DNA of 32,000 nucleotides, taken from Copranaerobaculum intestinale (lineage in GTDB: Bacteria > Bacillota_I > Bacilli_A > Erysipelotrichales > Erysipelotrichaceae). The notes beneath the pieces are model-generated. The model had not been told where the DNA came from, ran no database searches, and was given only the letters and a program-made list of their open reading frames with translations. Location: positions 900,001 through 932,000 of the forward strand of contig NZ_WUUQ01000001.1 of NCBI RefSeq assembly GCF_009831105.1. The letters run 5' to 3'. Of the stretch, positions 1 through 7,083 are shown piece after piece (position 1 is the stretch's first letter; every line of letters starts with the position of its first letter). The position numbers were made by a program, and so were the translations under genes.

Positions 1-1
1 G

Positions 2-511
2 GAGACAGCTTTGAAAAAAGATAATAAAAGATTATATATGCTGATCCAGACGATCTGCGGAACCGGGATCCGTGTATCCGAGCATCGCTTTATCACGGTG
101 GAGAGCTTGAAGGAGGGGCAGGTAATGGTAAGCAATAAGGGGAAGAGTCGAATTATCTTTATCCAAAAGAAGCTGAGAAGACTCCTATTGGAATACTGTC
201 GGGAGGCGAAGATCGAACGGGGATCGATCTTTATCACGAAAAACGGAAGACCGATGGATCGCTCAAACATCTGGAGTGCGATGAAGCAGCTCTGTGAGGA
301 AGCGGGAGTTGAACGAAGGAAAGTTTTTCCGCATAATCTGCGGCACCTCTTTGCATATACCTATTATGGACTATACAAGGATGTAGTGCGGCTGGCTGAC
401 ATCTTGGGCCATTCGAGTATTGAGACGACAAGAATCTATACGATGAGCAGCGGAAAGGAATGCCAGCGGTCGTTAATGAGGATGGGCTTGGTCGATCTGA
501 TAAAAACATAA
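2..511 (+). CDS. tyrosine site-specific recombinase, C-terminal catalytic domain (5' end lies outside the window)
   Basis: The reading frame is open to the window edge. The catalytic signature is readable: GTGIRVSE (Arg), HNLRHLFA (His-x-x-Arg), LGHSSIETTRIYT (His plus the Tyr nucleophile). Confidence 0.85.
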   Translation, partial: ETALKKDNKRLYMLIQTICGTGIRVSEHRFITVESLKEGQVMVSNKGKSRIIFIQKKLRRLLLEYCREAKIERGSIFITKNGRPMDRSNIWSAMKQLCEEAGVERRKVFPHNLRHLFAYTYYGLYKDVVRLADILGHSSIETTRIYTMSSGKECQRSLMRMGLVDLIKT

Positions 512-551
512 AAAAAACGATTTGAAGGAAACGGTGAGAAAATGAGCAGCG

Positions 552-577
552 TTACCACATAATGTGTATTATGTGGT
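552..577. repeat. left inverted repeat (IR-L), TTACCACATAATGTGTATTATGTGGT; candidate recombinase core site
   Basis: Read directly from the sequence. It is the exact reverse complement of 935-960. Internally it has 10-bp palindromic arms (ACCACATAAT / ATTATGTGGT) around an asymmetric GTGT centre. Confidence 0.8.
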
Positions 578-795
578 CAAACGCCGTAAGCTTATTAAAA
601 AACCGCAATAAACGGAGGCTGATTATCGCAACTATTTGTAAATATTTAATATATGTGAGAAATGTAACCGTTTTACATGTTTTATCTTACCATGTTACTT
701 TTTCTTCAACAACGAATATTGGTAAATAACGAAATATGTTGGGGAAATCATATAAATCACATAAAATCACACAGATCATCACGCTTATGTATACG

Positions 796-816
796 AAAAA
801 AAGGCATGATCATGCC
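796..816 (-). terminator. terminator-like hairpin inside the invertible segment, currently facing leftward
   Basis: Palindrome GGCATGATCATGCC (803-816) is preceded on the plus strand by A7, so the minus strand carries hairpin plus T7. Inversion would point it at the LytTR operon. Confidence 0.35.
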
Positions 817-901
817 GCAAACAGACGATTTGTCAGAAATATACTGCCAATATAAGTAAAAAAACAAGATATCTGAAATGACATCCGATGGTGATGTTTT
901 T

Positions 902-930
902 TTGTATGTCAAAAGGATCAGGAATATGCT
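902..930 (+). promoter_or_regulatory. candidate sigma-A promoter inside the invertible segment, facing the LytTR gene
   Basis: TTGTAT (902-907), 17-nt spacer, TATGCT (925-930). A second weaker candidate is TTGTCA (830-835), 15-nt spacer, TATAAG. Both are imperfect matches. Confidence 0.25.
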
Positions 931-934
931 CGTT

Positions 935-960
935 ACCACATAATACACATTATGTGGTAA
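935..960. repeat. right inverted repeat (IR-R), ACCACATAATACACATTATGTGGTAA
   Basis: 26/26 match to the reverse complement of 552-577. The centre is ACAC rather than GTGT, so the two sites are in inverted orientation. Confidence 0.8.
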
Positions 961-986
961 GAGAGAATAAAGGGAAAGGGAATGAC

Positions 987-1796
987 ATGGACAAAAAGAG
1001 TATTGAACAATGTCTTGCGCTAAGTAAGGAAGTGATGATCCGGCACTTTCATGGGGATAATGAGTTTGCTGTATCACATATGCATAAAAACTGTATCTGG
1101 ATCGGTTCATGTGCCAGTGAATTCTATCAGGGGAAGGATACCATCGCTGCGGTCTTGCGCCAGGAAGCAGCCGATCTGCCGCAGGTAGAGCTGTCGGCCT
1201 TCGAATATATGTGTGTATCGCAGGATGTACATGACTGTACCGTAACGGGCAGACACGTCGGAAGGACACGGTTAGATTCCGGAGAGCTGTATCGGGACAT
1301 GCAGCGAGTCACATTTGTGTGGAAAAAGGAAAAGGATGAATATCGGATCATGCATATTCATGTATCAAATCCAATGAACAATTTGAAAGAGGGAGAGGTG
1401 TTTCCCCACCGAATGGGGAAGTATGCAAAGGAATATCTGAACATGCTGGTGAGCCGAGAGGTGGAAAAGAACGGAACGATCACGGTCAAGGATCAGCAGA
1501 ATCGGTTTCATATCATCCAAATCAGCGATATCTTGTATTTTGAAGCATTCAATATGAATTGTATCCTGCATCTGAAGAACGATGATGATGTATTCGGAAG
1601 GATCACGCTGCTGGAGGTGGAGAAACAGATTCAAAAAAAGAATGCTGATATGTTCAAGCGGGTACATAAGAGTTACTTAGTTAATAAGTATCATACAGCA
1701 GCTTTAAAGCGTTATGAGATAACAATGAGCAATCAAGAACAAATTCCGGTATCTCAGAAACGCTATAACGAGGTGAGAAAATGGCTCCATCAATAA
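987..1796 (+). CDS. LytTR-family DNA-binding protein with an NTF2/SnoaL-like N-terminal domain (no receiver domain)
   Basis: C-terminal LytTR pattern: ISDILYFEAF...FKRVHKSYLVNKYH...IPVSQKRYNEV. The N-terminus ends in RVTFVWKKEKDEYRIMHIHVS, typical of the NTF2-like fold. The ATG at 987 follows AAAGGGAAAGGG. The ORF-track start at 888 lies inside the IR and is unlikely. Confidence 0.8.
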   Translation: MDKKSIEQCLALSKEVMIRHFHGDNEFAVSHMHKNCIWIGSCASEFYQGKDTIAAVLRQEAADLPQVELSAFEYMCVSQDVHDCTVTGRHVGRTRLDSGELYRDMQRVTFVWKKEKDEYRIMHIHVSNPMNNLKEGEVFPHRMGKYAKEYLNMLVSREVEKNGTITVKDQQNRFHIIQISDILYFEAFNMNCILHLKNDDDVFGRITLLEVEKQIQKKNADMFKRVHKSYLVNKYHTAALKRYEITMSNQEQIPVSQKRYNEVRKWLHQ

Positions 1797-1802
1797 GGGG
1801 GG

Positions 1803-1988
1803 ATGATATTGAAGCAAGGAAGTCGATACGAAATAGGACAAAGCTATTCACATGAGGAATATCGAAACGCGGGTGTGGCTCACATAAAGCAGGGGAATGG
1901 TCGCTGTGAATATTATCATAAGGGTAAATTGATTAGTGAGGAAGCAGCGGAAGAGCTGGTAAGGAGCTATCAGAAAAAGCTGAAATAA
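1803..1988 (+). CDS. hypothetical 61-aa protein
   Basis: The ORF is packed tightly between the LytTR and EAL genes, with a G-rich RBS directly upstream (TTG at 1809 is an alternative start). I recognise no motif. Confidence 0.45.
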   Translation: MILKQGSRYEIGQSYSHEEYRNAGVAHIKQGNGRCEYYHKGKLISEEAAEELVRSYQKKLK

Positions 1989-2006
1989 AGAGAGGGGTGA
2001 TGGAAT

Positions 2007-3686
2007 GTGGAACAATCACCAAAAACCGAATTGGACGATTTGAACGAAGCGTTGATTGACGGCTGGATGATTGATCATGAACCGAAGGTACTGATCGAAA
2101 AGCTGGCTGAGACATGTACATGGATCAGTGCGGGCAGGGAGGAAATACTCACCGGGAAAAAAGCAATCATTACGTATTTGGAAGCGATGGCAGAAGAAAA
2201 GACAAAACGGCCCCTAAAGCGCGGCAGTTATACGGTGATCCTGGCAGAAGCCGGATATGGATTAGTCAGCATCGAATGCCTGCCGATGCGGTATACGATC
2301 CTTTGGGTGAAGGAAGGATCAAAATGGCAGATCAGACATCTGCATGATTCGCTGTATATATATGGAGAAACGATGCATGAACGATTGAAGATTGCGGCAA
2401 GGACAGATACGGTGACGAAGCTGCATAACCAGCAAGGGTTCTGTGATGCGGTGAGCGAGCTGATGAAAGCGCATGATAAGCGATATGCGCTGATCAAGTT
2501 TGGAATCAAGGATTTCCGCTATATCAATCAGCGATACGGCTATGCCAAGGGAGAAGCGGTTTTACAGAATATCGGAAAAAATCTGCAAAAAACATGTGAA
2601 GCAGATGAGACATGCGGACATATTGAAAAGGATATCTTTGCGATGCTGTATCGATATCACGGAAAACAGGATATGGCAAGGCGGATGGAAGAAGTGCGGC
2701 ACAAGCTGTTGGATAAGCATCTGTTGTATGAGCTGGGGATCGAGATTGATTTCATCGCAGGAATATACACGATACCGAAGGGAATGCAGGAGCATGTGAA
2801 GGATATGCTGGATAAGGCGCTGATGGCGCAGCAGCAGGTGAGCCGGCAGCAGATTGGAAGCCACTACCGATATTACGAGGAAAGCGTAATGCGGAAGCAG
2901 TATCAGCATCAGCAGCTCATACAATATGCACCGACCGCAATGAAAAAAGATGAATTCTTGTTGTATATACAGCCGCAGTTCTCGATTAGTTGTGGAAAAA
3001 TTGTAGCGGGTGAAGCGCTGTGCCGCTGGAAGAGCAGGGACGGAACATTCATCCCGCCGGATGAATTCATACCGTTATTTGAAGAATATGGACTGATCTG
3101 CGCATTTGATTTCTACATGTTAAAGAAGCTGTGTGAAAAGATGAAGGCATGGATGGAGCGGGGAAGAATCATTACCCCGATTTCGATCAATCAGTCACGG
3201 CTGCATATTGATAAGAAAGACTATATTGAACGCTTCTGTAAGGTGGTAGATCACTATGAGATACCGCATAGCTATATAGCATTTGAACTGACGGAGTCGG
3301 CGTTCGTGGAACAGTATGAGAAGATGATTCGTTTGGCAGGAGAGCTGCATCGCCAAGGGTTCCAATTAGCAATCGATGATTTCGGAACAGGCTTTGCGAG
3401 TTTGAATCTGCTGAGCGTAGTATCTGCGGATATCTTGAAGGTAGATAAAAGCCTATTGGACAGCATTCATACGAAACGGGGAAGAACTGTATTGGAGAAA
3501 GTGATCGAGCTGGCACATCAAATGGAAATGACAGTAATCTGTGAAGGAATTGAGGAGGAAACTCAGCTGAAGGAACTGAAAGAGCTGAAGTGCGACATCG
3601 GTCAGGGATATTTGATGGGAAGACCAATTCCGGCTGAAGCATTCGAGAAGCGTTGGATAGAAGGAAATGAGGAAGCAAAGGGATGA
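2007..3686 (+). CDS. c-di-GMP phosphodiesterase: NTF2-like sensor, degenerate GGDEF, EAL
   Basis: EAL-domain residues are all readable: EALCRW, SINQS, ELTES, DDFGTG, KVDKS, EGIEEE, GQGY. The GGDEF position reads GHIEKDIF, so the A-site is lost. GTG start lies 7 nt after AGAGGGGTGA. Confidence 0.85.
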   Translation: MEQSPKTELDDLNEALIDGWMIDHEPKVLIEKLAETCTWISAGREEILTGKKAIITYLEAMAEEKTKRPLKRGSYTVILAEAGYGLVSIECLPMRYTILWVKEGSKWQIRHLHDSLYIYGETMHERLKIAARTDTVTKLHNQQGFCDAVSELMKAHDKRYALIKFGIKDFRYINQRYGYAKGEAVLQNIGKNLQKTCEADETCGHIEKDIFAMLYRYHGKQDMARRMEEVRHKLLDKHLLYELGIEIDFIAGIYTIPKGMQEHVKDMLDKALMAQQQVSRQQIGSHYRYYEESVMRKQYQHQQLIQYAPTAMKKDEFLLYIQPQFSISCGKIVAGEALCRWKSRDGTFIPPDEFIPLFEEYGLICAFDFYMLKKLCEKMKAWMERGRIITPISINQSRLHIDKKDYIERFCKVVDHYEIPHSYIAFELTESAFVEQYEKMIRLAGELHRQGFQLAIDDFGTGFASLNLLSVVSADILKVDKSLLDSIHTKRGRTVLEKVIELAHQMEMTVICEGIEEETQLKELKELKCDIGQGYLMGRPIPAEAFEKRWIEGNEEAKG

Positions 3687-3841
3687 AGCTGTTTAAGCGA
3701 AAAGAGAAAAAGCAAAAGAAAGATGAGCGCTATATTGAAGTGAGAAGCGGGGAGAAAGATATACGGAAATATCCGAGAGATATGATGTTGATGGATCGGG
3801 TGAAGCGAGAAAGAAGTGAGGAGAATGAGAGCGAAAATTGA
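3683..3841 (+). CDS. possible 52-aa Lys/Glu-rich mini-ORF within a purine-rich leader
   Basis: Its ATG overlaps the TGA of the EAL gene (ATGA). It translates as MKLFKRKEKKQKKDERYIEV... and is below the ORF-track size cut-off. It could simply be non-coding leader. Confidence 0.2.
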   Translation: MKLFKRKEKKQKKDERYIEVRSGEKDIRKYPRDMMLMDRVKRERSEENESEN

Positions 3842-3906
3842 AGGGAAGAAGCTGGAATGGAATGAAGACGGATGAGAAACGGATAAAGAAGCAGAAAGAA
3901 GGAGGA

Positions 3907-6900
3907 ATGGTGTTGAAAACAATGAGAAAGAAAAGAACAGCAGGTATACTTTTGAGCGGATTTTTGATCGCGGGAATCACGCTGGGAAATCCATATGTGT
4001 ACGCGAAGGAACAGGAAATCGAAGAAACAAGCGTACAGGAACAGCAACCAGAAGCACAAGAAACAAACGAGGAGGCTGAAACAAAAGCTGCTGAAGATAA
4101 GTCTACCGCGTTACAAAGGCCTTTAAAAAGAGAGCTTGGACAGACCATGCTCAATGGTGTGACACCGATGGTGAGCGGGACATTTGGAAGCTTTCAGGTT
4201 GACGCATCTTCATCAGATATGTGGGTCGATGCCGGATCAGATGTGTTGGAGATCACGCAGCCGGGTACGATCAAGATCACCGGAGATGGTACGGGTTCTT
4301 CGAGTAATTTTACAAATGGAAGTATAAAGATCACAGCCGTTGGAACGGTCAATATCACAATTGATGGTGTCTGGCTGTCAGGAAGTGATAAAGGAATGGA
4401 TATATCCTCAGCCTGTACAGTCAATTTGACCTTGATGAATGATAATTTCTTTAGGGGAATGAACGGAGGTGTACGAGTTTCATCAGAATCCAGCTTGACG
4501 ATAGATGGAACGGGATCCCTTGGCGCAAAAGGAATGGCAGGAGGAACAGGAATCGGCGGAAATACAAGAGAAGCTAATGGCCCGATTACAATCAATAGCG
4601 GAACAATTACCTCAACTGGTATGAGGGCCGCAGGAATCGGTAGTGGTTCTCAAAGCACTGATGGAGGTAATATTACGATCAACGGCGGTAATATAAATGC
4701 CTCGGCAAATCGAGGAGGAGCAGGTATTGGCGGTAGTCCAGGCGGCAACGTAAAAAATATTACCATTAATGGCGGAACAATTGAGGCAAGTGGAGATACC
4801 GGCGCTGGTATTGGAAGTGGCTTGGGGATAGCATCCGCAAGAACAATGGTTGAAAATATTACGATCAACGGTGGTAATGTAAGTGCCTATGGCAATGAGA
4901 GTGCTGCTATAGGTGGGGGTAACTATGGAGACGTGAAAAATATTACGATTAATGGTGGAAATATTGTTGCGGATGGTTTGGCAGGGACAATAATTGGTGG
5001 TGGAAGCAATGCTTTGGTCGAGAATATTGAAATCACCGGTGGAAGTATAAAAACGAGTAGTCGTAATGACAATGACATTGCTGACATTGGTGATGGATTA
5101 AATCCTGTTGAACCAATCAAAGGGCTGTATATCAGTGGCGGATTGTTTCACCTATTAAAAGAATTAACAATTCCTGTATATAATAATCCAACTGACAAGG
5201 TTCCGGTATACGGGACAGCTTTTCCTAGTACAAATGGGACAAAAAAATTCAAAGTAGATGGACATGATTACAAAATCGAGGAAATAACGGATCCGACCGG
5301 ATACAGCTTTTTTATGACCGGAGAAGATCATCTGGTCATGACAAGAGATACGAACAGTGACCGGAATACTCCTTATAGTGCAATATGGAATCCCGACACA
5401 CAGCGATTTACCTTTTCTGCTGCTGCGGAAGCAGGTGATTTTGTAGTTGTTGGCGGTGTATCAGGAACAAATTATCAATTTGACGAATCACAAGGATTTC
5501 TTGAAATCTTAACGTCTGGTGATTATCGAATTTATAGTGTTGTTGATGAAACAAGCGATGCTATCTTTATATCCAATTCAAATTTAGCTGCTGACGTGAA
5601 TTTAACCATTGTTGATTTGAATATCAATGGTTATCTATCGGGAATTACGTTAAGAAATAAATTAACCAAATTAACCCTGATAGGAGAAAATACAATTATT
5701 GCCCAAGGTACAATCTCAGCGGCATTTACGGTCGAGGAAAAAGCAAAATTGGAAATTATGGGTGATGGTTCGCTTACTTGTTCAGCGGCTGGAGAAGCGG
5801 GTATCGGCGGCGCGAAAGGAAATATGAACGGAGAGATTACGATCCAAAGCGGAACAATCACGGCAAGCGGTGTAACAGGAGCCGGAATCGGCGGAAGCAG
5901 GGGCCCTAGTGGACGCATCACCATCAATGGCGGAACGGTTCATGCAATCAGTGAAAGCGGTGCCGGAATCGGGGGAGCCAGCGGTAAAATGGGCGGAGGT
6001 ATTACGATCAATGGCGGCAATGTCATCGCAGAAAGTACCTCTGGTGCTGGAATTGGTGCCGGCGAAGGTACATATGCAAAAAATGTAGTCGTTAATGGTG
6101 GAACCGTAACCGCAATCAGTTCAACCGGTGATGGCATCGGATCCGGAGCCAATGATCCAGCTCCTTTAAATAATACCATTGAGATTGGTTATGCTTCTGT
6201 TCTGGCCAAGGGGGTAAATCCAATTTCAGGGAAACAAGTAATTACTACTGAGGGTCGTAGCGGCGCTATGTATGAAATCAAGAACCATAATGGTGCGGCC
6301 CCGATCAAAGTAGATGATGTAGAATATACGATGGATGGCAATCATCCAAACGGAGATACCAGCTACTACTTATATATGGAAGCCACTGTACCCCACACGA
6401 TTACCGTCGGAACGGATAGCTTTGAAATCGCTTGGTATGATGGAATTTTCAAATTGAAACCGCCACAGGTGGATAGTGCTCAGGTGGTTGAAACAACGAC
6501 CTCGTCGATCAGTGTTACAGCTACTCCGCAGCCTAAATACGGGGATGTGGAATATTGTATGACAGGAACAGGTTGGGTGTTTACCAAGGATACGACTTTT
6601 GAAAACCTTAAGGCGGGAGAAAAATATTCAATCATGGTACGCTATGCGGGCAATGATGAATATGGTACATCTGAAGAAGTCTTTCTAAACACAGAAACAA
6701 AGCCGGCCATCTATACCATTTCGATCCCAACGGAAATGACGGCGGATGGCACATCGCAGAATATTGCCGTCGATACGGCTGAGGATTTTGCTTTGGGATA
6801 TCAAGGCAAGGTGAATGTAAAAGTCACCGGAGGAATCAACAGTGATGGTTTAATGCCGCTCACAAGAACGAGCGGTACAGAAAAGCCTACGATTACATCT

Positions 6901-7068
6901 CAATTAAACGTATTAAATACACCGTTCAAAAATTTGAGCGCGAATGTAGCGACCTTCCAAACAAAGAATGATCCGGCTGTACCGATCTCTTTCGCAAAGC
7001 CAACCGGAAACATTCCGGCCGGATCGTATCGCGGCACGGCAGTGTTTACGATCAGCTATACCCAATAA
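3907..7068 (+). CDS. large secreted parallel-beta-helix repeat surface protein with Fn3-like and small-subunit-like C-terminal domains
   Basis: Signal peptide MRKKRTAGILLSGFLIAGITLGNPYVYA/KE. Two blocks of ITINGG-x-I-x-A-x(3-5)-GAGIGG repeats. The last ~130 aa align with the three small proteins at 7603-9048. The start is ambiguous (ATG 3907, TTG 3913 or ATG 3922, after GGAGG at 3901). Confidence 0.85.
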   Translation: MVLKTMRKKRTAGILLSGFLIAGITLGNPYVYAKEQEIEETSVQEQQPEAQETNEEAETKAAEDKSTALQRPLKRELGQTMLNGVTPMVSGTFGSFQVDASSSDMWVDAGSDVLEITQPGTIKITGDGTGSSSNFTNGSIKITAVGTVNITIDGVWLSGSDKGMDISSACTVNLTLMNDNFFRGMNGGVRVSSESSLTIDGTGSLGAKGMAGGTGIGGNTREANGPITINSGTITSTGMRAAGIGSGSQSTDGGNITINGGNINASANRGGAGIGGSPGGNVKNITINGGTIEASGDTGAGIGSGLGIASARTMVENITINGGNVSAYGNESAAIGGGNYGDVKNITINGGNIVADGLAGTIIGGGSNALVENIEITGGSIKTSSRNDNDIADIGDGLNPVEPIKGLYISGGLFHLLKELTIPVYNNPTDKVPVYGTAFPSTNGTKKFKVDGHDYKIEEITDPTGYSFFMTGEDHLVMTRDTNSDRNTPYSAIWNPDTQRFTFSAAAEAGDFVVVGGVSGTNYQFDESQGFLEILTSGDYRIYSVVDETSDAIFISNSNLAADVNLTIVDLNINGYLSGITLRNKLTKLTLIGENTIIAQGTISAAFTVEEKAKLEIMGDGSLTCSAAGEAGIGGAKGNMNGEITIQSGTITASGVTGAGIGGSRGPSGRITINGGTVHAISESGAGIGGASGKMGGGITINGGNVIAESTSGAGIGAGEGTYAKNVVVNGGTVTAISSTGDGIGSGANDPAPLNNTIEIGYASVLAKGVNPISGKQVITTEGRSGAMYEIKNHNGAAPIKVDDVEYTMDGNHPNGDTSYYLYMEATVPHTITVGTDSFEIAWYDGIFKLKPPQVDSAQVVETTTSSISVTATPQPKYGDVEYCMTGTGWVFTKDTTFENLKAGEKYSIMVRYAGNDEYGTSEEVFLNTETKPAIYTISIPTEMTADGTSQNIAVDTAEDFALGYQGKVNVKVTGGINSDGLMPLTRTSGTEKPTITSQLNVLNTPFKNLSANVATFQTKNDPAVPISFAKPTGNIPAGSYRGTAVFTISYTQ
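4498..5060 (+). repeat. in-frame degenerate tandem repeats, block 1 (about 8 units of roughly 20-28 aa)
   Basis: The DNA motif AATATTACGAT(C/T)AA(C/T)GG(C/T)GG recurs near 4672, 4755, 4857 and 4940. The protein motif is NITINGGNI...GAGIGG. Confidence 0.75.
5750..6155 (+). repeat. in-frame degenerate tandem repeats, block 2 (about 5 units)
   Basis: ITIQSGTITASGVTGAGIGG, ITINGGTVHAISESGAGIGG, ITINGGNVIAESTSGAGIGA, VVVNGGTVTAISSTGDGIGS. Confidence 0.75.
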
Positions 7069-7083
7069 GGAGCAAATAGAACG

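Larger units (their letters stand above)
552..960. promoter_or_regulatory. putative invertible DNA switch (inverton) controlling the downstream plus-strand operon
   Basis: An IR pair flanks AT-rich DNA with no credible ORF. A tyrosine recombinase gene ends 40 nt to the left. Only 26 nt (961-986, carrying the RBS) separate IR-R from the LytTR ATG, which leaves no room for a fixed promoter. Confidence 0.65.

Noticed and set aside
552-960. The two palindromes read as plain Rho-independent terminators or as duplicate operator sites for a dimeric repressor
   Set aside because: Neither copy is followed by a U-run. The only difference between them is an exact reverse-complemented 4-nt core, which is expected for oppositely oriented recombination sites and not for duplicated operators. 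An operator role cannot be fully excluded without data.
888-986. Upstream extension of the LytTR ORF (ORF-track start at 888)
   Set aside because: The extension would translate through IR-R. It encodes a hydrophobic junk-like peptide and lacks an RBS. The ATG at 987 has a good RBS.
757-1269. 170-aa minus-strand ORF spanning the invertible segment and the 5' part of the LytTR gene, together with the 60-aa plus-strand ORF at 677-859
   Set aside because: These ORFs have no RBS, give low-complexity or odd composition, and run antisense to a well-supported gene or across IR-R. I treat them as chance frames in AT-rich DNA.
3838-3906. TTG-initiated N-terminal extension of the giant protein (MKGRSWNGMKTDEKRIKK...)
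   Set aside because: It would place about 25 charged residues ahead of a textbook signal peptide. The GGAGG at 3901 supports a start at 3907-3922.
4194-6179. Five minus-strand ORFs (65-133 aa, Pro/Ile/Val-rich) inside the beta-helix gene, and similar ORFs at 12499-13200
   Set aside because: They are mirror images of the Gly-rich GGN repeat codons. They have no RBS and no independent signal, and are antisense artefacts.
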